In this document: one piece after another, positions 1 through 8,894 of the stretch | How the letters are laid out: every line of letters begins with the position of its first letter | Numbering within the stretch: the stretch's first letter is position 1 | IMG/VR virus record: IMGVR_UViG_3300044500_000142 | Location: 1 to 48,686 of that record | Length of the DNA: 48,686 nucleotides | Reading direction: 5' to 3' (one strand) | Origin: a virus | Lineage: Duplodnaviria; Caudoviricetes | Notes under the pieces: model-generated | The model's input: only the letters and a program-made list of their open reading frames with translations | What the model was told of the DNA's origin: nothing | The model's database searches: none | Program-made: the position numbers and the translations under genes

Positions 1-3000
1 CGAGCCGGCGGCCGCCACCGCGCGCCGCGCGCTCGTGAAGCCCGGGAAGGGCGGCGAGATCGTCGCGACGCCGTCGGAGCTGACCGGCGTCGATCGCACC
101 GACGGCGAGGGGCTGACGGCACTCACCGCGGCCCAGCGCGGCCGGATGGACCCGCCCGACGCGACGCTCGACATGCCGCTGCGGTTGCTGCCCGAGGCGT
201 CAATCGAGATGACGCCCGCGTTTCGGGGGGAGCGCGTCGGCCGCCACCAGGTCATCGACGCTCTTGCCAACGCGGGTGACGTCCCGATCCGACTTGAGCG
301 CATGGGGAAGTACCGCAAGAAGGCCCTGGGCATCTTCAAGGTGCGGCCCGAGGTCGTTCGCGTGCGCGACTCGAAGGACATCCCCGTCGCGGCCCACGAG
401 GTCGGGCACGCGACCGAGAAGCTCATCTGGCCGGAGCTCGTGCTCGACCCGCGCTACAAGACCGCGAAGGGGAAGCGCGGGATCCGGCAGGAGCTCCTCG
501 ACCTCGGCAAGGCGCTGTACGGGAAGCGCAAGCCCGCCAACGGCTACGAGAGCGAGGGCTGGGCGGAGTTCATCCGGCACTACGTCACCGAGCCGTCGCA
601 CCTTGAGACGGCCGCGCCGCAGGCGTTCGATTGGTTTGAGAAGACGTTCCTCGAGCGCAACCCGAAGCTGAAGAAGGGCCTCCTCCTCGCGCGCGATCTG
701 CACGAGCAGTACCGCTCGCAGGGCGTCGAGAACCGCGGCCTGGCGGACATGCGCAGCAAGGCCGACGGGATCCTGAAGAGCCTGCGGGCGGCCGTCGGGC
801 GCAAGGAGTGGATCGAGGAGTTCGCCGCGATCGAGGACGCCGTCCGGGCCGCCACCGAGAAGGGCCACGTGCTCGCGCCGCGCCAGAACCCGGAGATCCT
901 CGCGAAGGTGTTCCGCGGCGCCGGCGACGCCGTCGTCTCGGAGTGGATACTCGGGAAGCAGCGCGACCTCACGAACAACGTGGTCGGGCCCGGGCTGAAC
1001 GACATCTTCATCGAAGCCGACGCCGGCGAGGGCGAGGCGTCCGCGGCGTTCGGGCTCTACCTCGCGGCGAAGCGCTCCGTGTGGCTCCTCGACCCGATGC
1101 GGGGCGGGAAGCGCGACCCTGGCATGACGGCCTCCGACGCAAAGGGGCTCGTGGCGAAGTACGAGGGCGACCCGGCGCAGGGGGTCAAGTGGCAGCTCGC
1201 GGCCTCGAAGATCCACGAGTGGCACGAGAACCTTCTCAATTACTTGGTGCAGGCGGGAGTGATGGACTCCGTCGAGAAGGAGCGGATCGTCGCGAAGAGC
1301 CCCTTCTACGTCCCGTTGCAGCGATACATCGAGGGCCTCGGCGCCGGCGGGATCCAGGACGTTCTCTCGGGGAAGCCGCTGCGCGGGCTCAAGGGAAGCT
1401 CCCGGCAGTTCCGAGACATCCGCGAGGCGATGATCTCGAACGCGACCGGCCTCGTGAAGTACGCGCACAAGCGAATGGTTCTCGATGCGATCCTGCGGCT
1501 CGGCAGGCTTCAGGGGATGGGGGAGTACGTCGAGGCCGTGCCGAAGGAGCTCGTCCACAAGCTGAAGCCGATGGAGACCTTCCGCGAGCAGCTCGAGGAG
1601 GCCGGCGCCGATCTCTCTGGCGTGGACCCGGACATGCTTCTCGAGTGGTTCGAACCGAAGCAGTTCCCGGGGATCAAGGACCCGATCCTGCCCGTGCGCG
1701 ACGCCAACGGCGACGTCACCTGGTACCAGGTCTCGCCCGGGCTCTACGAGAGCCTGAAGGGGCTCGACTACGCTCGGTGGAAGAACCCGCTCGCGCACTA
1801 CCTCCTCGAGTCGCCGGCGGCCGCGTTCCGCGCGGGCGCCACCGGCTACCGCGCGACCTTCGGTCTGTGGACGAACCCCCTGCGCGACTTCCAGACGTTC
1901 GTCGTGCAGTCCTCGGAGACGAACCCCGCGAAGGCGCTCTCGCTGTGGCTCAAGCACACGGGGTCCGCCTACAAGGCGTTCCTGACGGGCAAGGAGAACC
2001 CCTACGCGGATCTCTTCCGCGCGCAGGGGGGCGTGATGTCGCAGCCTCTCGGGGTGGACGCCCGCTCGACGCAGCGGCTCGCGCGCTCGCTCGGCAAGAG
2101 CGGGATCGGGCGCGTGCTCTCGACGCCCGGCGACGCGGCGGCGTGGGTCCGCGAGGCGTTCCAGGTCAGCGAGGGCGCTCCGCGCGCTGCCGAGATGGAG
2201 GCGATCGGCAACCGGCTCGGCTGGGACCCGAGCAAGCCGCTCGACCTCGACACCATGCTCCTGATGCTGAAGGGCGGCCGCGAGGTCACGACGGACTTCA
2301 TGGCCGGCGGCCGCGCGGCCAAGTTCCTCAATCGAATGGTGCCGTTCTTCAATCAGGCGTTCCAGTCGCCGCGCGCGTTCGCTCGCGCGTTCAAGCGCGA
2401 CCCGGCGGGCACGGCGCTGAAGGGCACGCTCTCGATCACGCTGCCGACGCTGTGGCTGTGGTGGAAGAACAAGGACGAGGATTGGTACCGGGACATGCCC
2501 GCGCGCGAGAAGTTCCTCTACTTCCACGTGGCCGCGGGGAAGCAGCGCGTGCGAATCCCGCGCGGCTTCGAGACCGGCTACGGCTTCAGCGTCCTCCCCG
2601 AGGCGATCGCCGACGCCTACTACCGCAAGGACCCCGAGCAGGTGCGCGCCGCGCTCGCGCACGTCTTCGAGAACGTGAACCCGGCGCCCGTGCAGCCGAC
2701 GCTCGGCAGAGGGTTCACCCCGAAGGTGAAGCTTTCCAGCGCGGGGCTGCCGGTGCTCGCCGGCGAGGCCGCGCAGCAGCTCGCCGGATCCGGCGGCTTC
2801 GACGACTACTTCGAGCAGCCGATCGTGCCGCGCGGCGAGCAGGAGCGCCCGGCCTCCGAGCAGCGCGGCCCGTACACGACGGGCGCGGCGCGCGTCCTCG
2901 GCAGCGCGCTCGGGTGGTCGCCGCGGCGGATCGACCACGCGCTCTCGGGCGTCTTCGCCGGCCTCGGGCAGGACATCCCGCGCGCCGCGGACACCGCGGT

Positions 3001-3763
3001 CCGGCTGGCGACCGGCGGCGGCGTGAACGTCACGGGGCGCGACCTCGAGCCGACCGACATCCCGATCGTGGGGCCCGCCTTCGCGCAGGGCGGCGTCGAG
3101 GGCGTCGGGTCGGCGGCGGTGCAGCGCGTCTACGAGCAGCTCGCGTTCGCGCGCGAACGCGAGGCGTCGATCGACGACCCGGAGTCCTCGAGCGAGCGGT
3201 CGCGCCGTCTCCAACTGACCGACGCGGCGACGGCCCTGAAGCTCCTGCGGCTCGCGCAGCGCGACGCGAAGAGCCTCGACGAGCGGCAGCAGCTTCAGCG
3301 CGAGACCCGGCGCGTGGCGCAGGAGGCGCTCAAGGAGGAGCGCGTCAACGCGGACAGGATGCAGATGGGCCGCGAGGAGCGGTTCGTCCGCGAGATCGGC
3401 GACCGGCTGGCCGCGATGCAGCACGCGACGGACGGCGACCGGGCCTTCAAGGACCTCACGCTCCCGCGCCGCGCGGAGTTCCGCGACCGCTTCCAGCGAG
3501 AGATCGAGGACCTCGCGAAGCAGTACGCCGAGCTTCGTGGGATGAAGTGGACCGGCAGGCTCGGCGACCTCTTCCCCAAGCTCGAGGCCCGCATCGAAAT
3601 CGCGAAGGACGCCGAGCGCCGCAAGCCTCCGCACCTTCCTGGCCCCGAGGTCGGCGTGCCCCCGAGCGACGCCTCCTTCCGAGTTCTCGACGAGGAGTCT
3701 CTTCCTCCCGCCAAGCGCGGCCGTAGAATCCTGGCACCCGCGTCCGGTCCGCCCGGTCGCTGA
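1..3763 (+). CDS. C-terminal part of the giant polyvalent protein: HExxH zincin metallopeptidase domain plus LPD38-like region
   Basis: AAHEVGH at 395-409 with downstream SEGWAEF (third-ligand Glu at ~554). C-terminal region with VPFFN...YRDMPAREKFLYFHV...VRIPRGFETG resembles LPD38 of phage polyvalent proteins. Confidence 0.85.
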   Translation, partial: EPAAATARRALVKPGKGGEIVATPSELTGVDRTDGEGLTALTAAQRGRMDPPDATLDMPLRLLPEASIEMTPAFRGERVGRHQVIDALANAGDVPIRLERMGKYRKKALGIFKVRPEVVRVRDSKDIPVAAHEVGHATEKLIWPELVLDPRYKTAKGKRGIRQELLDLGKALYGKRKPANGYESEGWAEFIRHYVTEPSHLETAAPQAFDWFEKTFLERNPKLKKGLLLARDLHEQYRSQGVENRGLADMRSKADGILKSLRAAVGRKEWIEEFAAIEDAVRAATEKGHVLAPRQNPEILAKVFRGAGDAVVSEWILGKQRDLTNNVVGPGLNDIFIEADAGEGEASAAFGLYLAAKRSVWLLDPMRGGKRDPGMTASDAKGLVAKYEGDPAQGVKWQLAASKIHEWHENLLNYLVQAGVMDSVEKERIVAKSPFYVPLQRYIEGLGAGGIQDVLSGKPLRGLKGSSRQFRDIREAMISNATGLVKYAHKRMVLDAILRLGRLQGMGEYVEAVPKELVHKLKPMETFREQLEEAGADLSGVDPDMLLEWFEPKQFPGIKDPILPVRDANGDVTWYQVSPGLYESLKGLDYARWKNPLAHYLLESPAAAFRAGATGYRATFGLWTNPLRDFQTFVVQSSETNPAKALSLWLKHTGSAYKAFLTGKENPYADLFRAQGGVMSQPLGVDARSTQRLARSLGKSGIGRVLSTPGDAAAWVREAFQVSEGAPRAAEMEAIGNRLGWDPSKPLDLDTMLLMLKGGREVTTDFMAGGRAAKFLNRMVPFFNQAFQSPRAFARAFKRDPAGTALKGTLSITLPTLWLWWKNKDEDWYRDMPAREKFLYFHVAAGKQRVRIPRGFETGYGFSVLPEAIADAYYRKDPEQVRAALAHVFENVNPAPVQPTLGRGFTPKVKLSSAGLPVLAGEAAQQLAGSGGFDDYFEQPIVPRGEQERPASEQRGPYTTGAARVLGSALGWSPRRIDHALSGVFAGLGQDIPRAADTAVRLATGGGVNVTGRDLEPTDIPIVGPAFAQGGVEGVGSAAVQRVYEQLAFAREREASIDDPESSSERSRRLQLTDAATALKLLRLAQRDAKSLDERQQLQRETRRVAQEALKEERVNADRMQMGREERFVREIGDRLAAMQHATDGDRAFKDLTLPRRAEFRDRFQREIEDLAKQYAELRGMKWTGRLGDLFPKLEARIEIAKDAERRKPPHLPGPEVGVPPSDASFRVLDEESLPPAKRGRRILAPASGPPGR

Positions 3764-3777
3764 CGGAGGTTCCACCG

Positions 3778-4017
3778 ATGGCGAGCCACGCCCTGACCGA
3801 CCGCGCGCAGTTCACCGCCGTTCTCGAGGGGGCCACGAGCCTCATCCTCCGCCTCATCCCCCAGAACGACGCCGCCCGCCGGCTGTCCGACGCGTGGATG
3901 GTGTCGCCCGCCGGAGGCTCGAAGACCTCCGTCGTGTTCACGCAGCAGGACGCGGGCCACGACGGCGCGGGGCAGACCTCCGAGCCGTACCAGTCCCTCG
4001 TCGTCACCACGTCCTAG
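3778..4017 (+). CDS. Hypothetical protein (79 aa)
   Basis: GGAGG RBS, ATG start, typical codon usage. Confidence 0.65.
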   Translation: MASHALTDRAQFTAVLEGATSLILRLIPQNDAARRLSDAWMVSPAGGSKTSVVFTQQDAGHDGAGQTSEPYQSLVVTTS

Positions 4018-4056
4018 TCGGGGCCCGCTCGCGGCCGCACGCGGGGGGTCCGTCCG

Positions 4057-4335
4057 ATGGGCACGAGCGAAGAGAACGCGCGACGTCTCGAGGTTGTCGA
4101 GGCAAAGGTCGATCGCGGACTTGTGTCCGGGCAGAAGACGCGCGTGCTCTGCGCGCGGCTCGACGAGCGCACGAAGGGCTTCTGCGACCGGCTCGACGAC
4201 CTCTCGGCGGACGTCAAGGCCCTGCTGAAGCACGAGACCAGGCGACGCACGCGAGAGAAGGCGCTCGCCGGCGTCGCCTCGTTTCTTGGCGCGGTGATCG
4301 CATGGATCGCCGAGCGGTTCACCACCAGGGCCTAG
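4057..4335 (+). CDS. Small coiled-coil protein with C-terminal TM helix (holin/XhlA-like candidate)
   Basis: RLDERTKGFCDRLDDLSADVKALL coiled coil followed by LAGVASFLGAVIAWIA; lies in the late region. Confidence 0.55.
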   Translation: MGTSEENARRLEVVEAKVDRGLVSGQKTRVLCARLDERTKGFCDRLDDLSADVKALLKHETRRRTREKALAGVASFLGAVIAWIAERFTTRA

Positions 4336-4348
4336 CGGAGGCACTTCA

Positions 4349-4978
4349 ATGACGCGATCGATCGTCACCCCGAGCCGCGATCTTCAGACCATCCCCCTCA
4401 CCCTCGGAGACGTGCAGCGCGTCGTCGAGGACCACGAGGGGCGCGTCACCGCGCTCGAGGGCTTCTCGGCTACGGGCGTCGTCGGCATCCCGCTCAACTC
4501 GTTCCGAAAGGACGCGTTGCAGAAAGACGCGATGGACGACGCCGCGGGCTCCTCGCTGCTCGGCCTCGCCGACGCGATCGGTTCCCTCCTCCTCGGCGGC
4601 GACGCGAACAACACTTCGCTCACGGACTACGCCAACGTGCTCGTCGCGATCCCGCCCGACTACGTCGCCGGCGGCGCTCTCACGGTGCGGCTGCGCGCGA
4701 AGCAGGCGACCGCGCTCTCGTTCGCGAGCGCCAAGGTGGACGTCGATTTCGTGAAGGTCTGCGGCGACTCGCTCGGCGCGGACATCAACCCGACCGCCGC
4801 GCAGCAGGTCACGACGGCCTACGTGGCCTACGACTTCCCCCTGACCCCTACGAACCTGGTCGCCGGCGACATCCTGGCGATCCGGGTCGCGTGCCTGAAC
4901 AACGACACGGGCGGCTCGAGCGCCGGCGGCGTCATGTCGATCAGCAAGGCCGAGCTCCGCTACGCGCGCGCCGCGTAG
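4349..4978 (+). CDS. Putative virion accessory or short fibre protein
   Basis: GGAGG RBS. Short coiled coil (VEDHEGRVTALEG) followed by a beta-rich Ala/Gly/Thr domain. Confidence 0.5.
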   Translation: MTRSIVTPSRDLQTIPLTLGDVQRVVEDHEGRVTALEGFSATGVVGIPLNSFRKDALQKDAMDDAAGSSLLGLADAIGSLLLGGDANNTSLTDYANVLVAIPPDYVAGGALTVRLRAKQATALSFASAKVDVDFVKVCGDSLGADINPTAAQQVTTAYVAYDFPLTPTNLVAGDILAIRVACLNNDTGGSSAGGVMSISKAELRYARAA

Positions 4979-5022
4979 AGGATCGTTCGGGCCGTCGCAC
5001 TCCGGGGGTAGCCTCTTGGGCC

Positions 5023-5496
5023 ATGCGCCGACTCACGCTCGCGCTCGCCGTCCTCGTCCTCGCCTCCTGCACCGCGGAGCAGCGCCGCAGGCGCGCCACC
5101 TGCGCTGTCCCGACGCCGCCGGCTGCCTCCGAGCCGGCCGAGGTCTGCACGGTCGATCCTGTGACCGGCGAGACGCATTGCGGCGTCCCCGAGTGCGAGC
5201 CGCCCAGGGACCCGCTCGCGCTGACGCCGGTGCCCGTGCCGCCCCCGGCCCCTCCGCCGAAGCCGCTCGAGCCCACGGGCCCGCCGTGGTGGTGGGGCGC
5301 CGCGGTGGCAGCGCTCGCCGTCTTCGGGGCCGCGACCCTGCTTCTTCTCGTTGTCCGGGGTGCGTGGCACTCTCTCTGCCGGATCTGGAACGTCCTCGTG
5401 CCCCCTCGGAGGCCCCCATGCTCAACCGTTTCGCCCGCACCCGCGTCCTCGTCGTCTCCCTCGCCGCGCTCGGCGTTGGTGTCGCGCTCCTCCTGA
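5023..5496 (+). CDS. Lipoprotein with Pro-rich linker and C-terminal TM helix (u-spanin-like topology)
   Basis: MRRLTLALAVLVLAS-C lipobox, PVPVPPPAPPP linker, WWWGAAVAALAVFGAATLLLLVV TM segment. Confidence 0.6.
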   Translation: MRRLTLALAVLVLASCTAEQRRRRATCAVPTPPAASEPAEVCTVDPVTGETHCGVPECEPPRDPLALTPVPVPPPAPPPKPLEPTGPPWWWGAAVAALAVFGAATLLLLVVRGAWHSLCRIWNVLVPPRRPPCSTVSPAPASSSSPSPRSALVSRSS

Positions 5497-5849
5497 CCGC
5501 CTGCGAATCGTCGATCGGCAAGGACGGCGTCGCCGTCCGGTCCGAGTCGTCTGCCGAGCGCGCGGCCAAGCTCTCCGAGAAGGTGACCGAGATCGGGTCG
5601 CAGCTCACCGCGGCCGGCCAGTCCACGGGCGTCCCGTGGTTCTCGCTCGCCGGCTACGCGCTGACCGGGCTCGGCGCCATCGGCACGTCGCTCTGGGGCG
5701 CGAGCAAGAAGCTCGAGGCCCACGACGCCGCGCCGTTCATCGGCCCCAACGGCGAGCAGGTCTCCGAGGCCCAGCTTGTCGCGTCCGCGCTGCCGAAGAC
5801 CTCGGCCGCGCCGCAGGTCGGCAAGACCGGCCCGCTTCCCTCTTCGTAG
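5418..5849 (+). CDS. Lipoprotein with a second hydrophobic segment (spanin-like candidate)
   Basis: GGAGG RBS and ATG at 5418; ...VGVALLLTA-C lipobox; later WFSLAGYALTGLGAIGTSLW. Confidence 0.65.
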   Translation: MLNRFARTRVLVVSLAALGVGVALLLTACESSIGKDGVAVRSESSAERAAKLSEKVTEIGSQLTAAGQSTGVPWFSLAGYALTGLGAIGTSLWGASKKLEAHDAAPFIGPNGEQVSEAQLVASALPKTSAAPQVGKTGPLPSS

Positions 5850-5895
5850 TAGACTCGTCCCCGGATCGGGGACTGACCCTCCTGCCCAACCTCCT

Positions 5896-5931
5896 GGGCT
5901 CGCCGAGACGACGGCGGGCCCCTTTCTATTT
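5896..5931 (+). terminator. Rho-independent terminator ending the late operon
   Basis: GGGCTCGCCG-AGACGA-CGGCGGGCCC hairpin followed by CTTTCTATTT, at the junction of convergent operons. Confidence 0.75.
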
Positions 5932-6252
5932 CGCGGGGCTCTCGACGAGATCGGGGTTGTCCGCGCACGCGAGCAGGAACGCGAGGTCGTGCACGTTCAC
6001 CCGCGGCGTGTACGCCGTCACGTCGAACGCCTGCTTCAGCGGCGGCAGGTGGTGGGCCGCGAGCCACTCGTCCGTGATCTGGCGGCCCGAGAGCGTCCGC
6101 GATCGCTCGCTGACGATCACGACGTCAAAGCCGAACCCGATGAGCCTGTCGAGCGCCGCGATCGCGCCGTCGTGCGGCCGCGCGTCGCCCTTCGACCGCA
6201 GCGCCGGCACCAGGTCAACGGCCAGCCACGTGTGGTGCTCGGCCGCGTTCAC
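5926..6252 (-). CDS. Small protein with degenerate HAD-like pattern
   Basis: GTG overlaps the upstream TGA. WLAVDL...GAIAALDRL...FDVVIVSER...TDEWLAAHHLP resembles phage HAD phosphatases but lacks the second Asp of DxD. Confidence 0.45.
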   Translation of the reverse strand: MNAAEHHTWLAVDLVPALRSKGDARPHDGAIAALDRLIGFGFDVVIVSERSRTLSGRQITDEWLAAHHLPPLKQAFDVTAYTPRVNVHDLAFLLACADNPDLVESPAK

Positions 6253-7061
6253 GGGCCATCCACTTGTACGAGGCACGAGCAGGAGCCGAAGTCGAACAGG
6301 TCGGTAGGATCCCCGCGCTCGACGGCCTCACGGAACGCGCGCATCGTCATCGGCTTCTTCTTGTTGTCCCCGCGGCGGTCCGTGAGGATCGCCACGTCGG
6401 CGCCGAGCGTCGCGCGGATCGCTTCCTCGCGCGCCTCGTGTTCGGCGTACCGCGCGGGCATCGTCGCGAGCAGGAGCCGGAACGACTCCTGTCCCGCCTT
6501 CACACAGAATCCGCCGCAGTTGTTGTGAGGGAAGCCGAGCGCGTAGAGGCGGGGCGGTTCAAGCCCGTCCGCTCGCAGCACGTCGAGCATCCCGTTGCGG
6601 GAGAGAAATGGAGGATCGCACATCGGCGCCTCGCACGCCCACGGGGCGCGGCGCGCTGCCAGCGTGCGGAATCGGTGCTCCTCGTCCCAGCCGATCCCGT
6701 AGACGAGCGCGGTTTCGGCGGGCTCCCGGTTCGCCTCGACCCAAGCGTCCATCGGCTCCCGCTTGAGAGCGCGCGAGCACGGATCGACGCGGGAGTTCCC
6801 GAGGAAGCGGACCTCGTTGAACACGTCCCACGGCGTTCGGCCGTCTCGGAGCGTCACCAATTCGACGCCGAGCCGCGCGGCGGCCTCGGGCACGAAGCGG
6901 TAGGTATCCTCGTCCTCCATGGCCACGTCCGCGAATAGGAGTGTGACGCCAGAGGGCCCGTGCCGATCGACGACTCTGCGCGCGGCACAGTAGGAGCCGA
7001 TGCCGCCCGAGAACATGACCACGCGATCGTGAACGTCGTAGGGGCCGTTGAAGCCGCTCAC
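6249..7061 (-). CDS. PAPS-reductase-like / PP-loop adenine nucleotide hydrolase family protein
   Basis: VVMFSGGIGS PP-loop, LLFADV..EDEDTYRF, DPCSRALK, GFPHNNCGGFCVKAG, terminal CSC. Confidence 0.8.
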   Translation of the reverse strand: MSGFNGPYDVHDRVVMFSGGIGSYCAARRVVDRHGPSGVTLLFADVAMEDEDTYRFVPEAAARLGVELVTLRDGRTPWDVFNEVRFLGNSRVDPCSRALKREPMDAWVEANREPAETALVYGIGWDEEHRFRTLAARRAPWACEAPMCDPPFLSRNGMLDVLRADGLEPPRLYALGFPHNNCGGFCVKAGQESFRLLLATMPARYAEHEAREEAIRATLGADVAILTDRRGDNKKKPMTMRAFREAVERGDPTDLFDFGSCSCLVQVDGP

Positions 7062-7429
7062 GGGAGGTTGACGCGCGCCGCGCGCTTCGCTGCTTCCAAT
7101 TCGGAGTCATCGACGTGGTGCAGCCGCATGTCTAGGTCCTGCGTGCCGTGGGTGAGCACCTGCGCAAGGTGCTTCGAATGGAAGCTCTCGACGCCCAGCG
7201 ATCGCACGACGTCGCCGCTGCCGTTCCTGCGGATGCGCAGGTACGCGAGCGGAGCGGGCGCCGACGTCGCGACGAGGATCCCGCCCTTCGAAATGTAGAC
7301 CTCGGCGCCGGCGCCCGCGGCCTCCCGGTCGAGCTTCGAGATCCGCTTGCGCAGCGCGACGCGCTTCTGCCGCGTCATCGTGTGCTTCACCGGGCCGGTC
7401 ACGTGCCTGCGCTTCCCGTGCTTGTTCAT
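7058..7429 (-). CDS. Hypothetical basic protein
   Basis: ATG start, translationally coupled to neighbours. Confidence 0.6.
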   Translation of the reverse strand: MNKHGKRRHVTGPVKHTMTRQKRVALRKRISKLDREAAGAGAEVYISKGGILVATSAPAPLAYLRIRRNGSGDVVRSLGVESFHSKHLAQVLTHGTQDLDMRLHHVDDSELEAAKRAARVNLP

Positions 7430-7432
7430 GGG

Positions 7433-7903
7433 TCAGATCCCGTAGGGCTCGAGATCGTAGACCGCAAACTTCGTGCACGGCTCCTCGCCCTGCGCGGCCG
7501 CCACCTTCTCGACCACCGTCCTCGAGACGATCGTGTCGTTCGACAGCCACCCAGCCTCGACCGCGGCGTCGAGTAGCGCCTTCAAGAGGTTGTCGGCGTC
7601 GGGCCGCGCCACGTGCCAGCGCCGCGGCACCGGCGCCGTCTTCCTGTGCTCCGTCGTCGGCCTCGGCAGCACGAACAGCACCGACACCCCGACCGCGGTG
7701 ATGAAACCAGGCGCGGGCTTCACGCTCTTCAGCGTCTCGACCGCCCGCGCCCGGAAGTCCTTGTCTGCCTTCTTCGTGTAGACCGTGAGGAACGGCCGGC
7801 ACGTCTTCCCAGCGCAGGCCGCCACGTTCCCGGGGCACCGAGCGAAGGACCTCGGCCTCGCGGCCGGCTCGGGCTCCCCGGGGATGATCGCCTGCACCTT
7901 CAC
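7433..7903 (-). CDS. rusA: RusA-family Holliday junction resolvase
   Basis: IPGEPEPAARPR N-terminus, RPDADNLLKALLDA catalytic motif, NDTIV. Confidence 0.85.
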   Translation of the reverse strand: MKVQAIIPGEPEPAARPRSFARCPGNVAACAGKTCRPFLTVYTKKADKDFRARAVETLKSVKPAPGFITAVGVSVLFVLPRPTTEHRKTAPVPRRWHVARPDADNLLKALLDAAVEAGWLSNDTIVSRTVVEKVAAAQGEEPCTKFAVYDLEPYGI

Positions 7904-7909
7904 GCTGGC

Positions 7910-8872
7910 CTAGAGCTCGGGCGTCGTCGCGACCGCAGTCGCCTTCGCCTTGTGGTGGCTCTTCGGCTTCGCCGGCTCGGCGGCGGGGATCGCCGGCGCC
8001 GTCGTGGCAGCAGCCGTGGGCGCGGGAGCGCTCGGAGGCAGCAGCGGCGCCTCCTCGGGCCCGGAGAGGTAGCGCAGCAGGCTCCCCTCCTTCAGCACCG
8101 AGGCCGTCGTGCCCTTGGCGCCGCGGTGCACGCCGATCTCCTTGCGCCGGGGCTTGAGCCCGCGGATCTCGAGGACCTCGCCGCTCGGGCACGAGAGCAG
8201 CATGCCCTCGGAGAGCCCTTCGATCGTGTCGAGCGGGATCACGTTCACCGTCCCCGCGCACTCCTTCCCGACGCGCAGCGGCGGCAGCGTCTTCGCCTCC
8301 GCGGCGATCGCGGCCGCCGGCTTGCGCTCGATCGGCTCGGAGAGTACGCGCCGCGCCATCCGCATCAGTTCCTCCTTGTCGATCGACGGCGGGAACGAGC
8401 CGCCGCCCGCGCCGTGGCCGATGATCCGGCCCGCCGCGTTCTTGCGCTCGTCCTGCGTCTTGCGGCCGTCCTTGTACGTGTTGATCGCCTCGACGATCTC
8501 GGGCGGGCAGTCGGCGGCGCGCTGCGGCTCCGACGTCGTCTCCTCGGGCCGCCGGTCGGGCGGCGACTCGTTCGACGGCTTCGGCTTCTCGACGCCGTCG
8601 TAGAGCCCGGGCTCGGGCGGCTGCTCGTCCGTGACCTCGCCCCCCTTCAGCAGGAACACGGCCTTCGCGTTCAGGTGGGCGTGCAGGATCACGCCGATCT
8701 TCTTCACCCACGTCTCGCGGAGCTCCTTCGCCTTCTTGAGCTGGTCGGCGAGGTCGCCGATCACGCCCTCGGTCGCGTCGATCTCGCGCTGGTACCCGGC
8801 CATCGTTTCCACCCGAGCGCCCGCGTCCAGCGGGTCGAACGAGGCGTACGACTCCCTCTCGATCCGTGCCAT
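7910..8872 (-). CDS. Hypothetical protein (320 aa)
   Basis: GGAGG RBS, ATG, phage-typical codon usage; N-terminal coiled coil and Ala/Pro-rich tail. Confidence 0.7.
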   Translation of the reverse strand: MARIERESYASFDPLDAGARVETMAGYQREIDATEGVIGDLADQLKKAKELRETWVKKIGVILHAHLNAKAVFLLKGGEVTDEQPPEPGLYDGVEKPKPSNESPPDRRPEETTSEPQRAADCPPEIVEAINTYKDGRKTQDERKNAAGRIIGHGAGGGSFPPSIDKEELMRMARRVLSEPIERKPAAAIAAEAKTLPPLRVGKECAGTVNVIPLDTIEGLSEGMLLSCPSGEVLEIRGLKPRRKEIGVHRGAKGTTASVLKEGSLLRYLSGPEEAPLLPPSAPAPTAAATTAPAIPAAEPAKPKSHHKAKATAVATTPEL

Positions 8873-8894
8873 GAGAAACCCTCCCGTGCGCGCC

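Noticed and set aside
1-127. Terminal 127-bp repeat as a biological direct terminal repeat
   Set aside because: It falls mid-gene and its length matches a common assembler k-mer size, so it is best read as a circularisation overlap.
35-3763. Stand-alone 1242-aa gene starting at 35
   Set aside because: No RBS, and the frame is open upstream through the junction; it is the C-terminal half of the giant protein.
200-3775. Long antisense and alternate-frame ORFs (e.g. 200..3775 -, 808..3726 +, 30129..32339 -, 36653..40081 -, 7613..9715 +)
   Set aside because: Shadow ORFs expected at very high GC: Arg/Ala/Pro-rich, without motifs, and overlapping well-supported genes.
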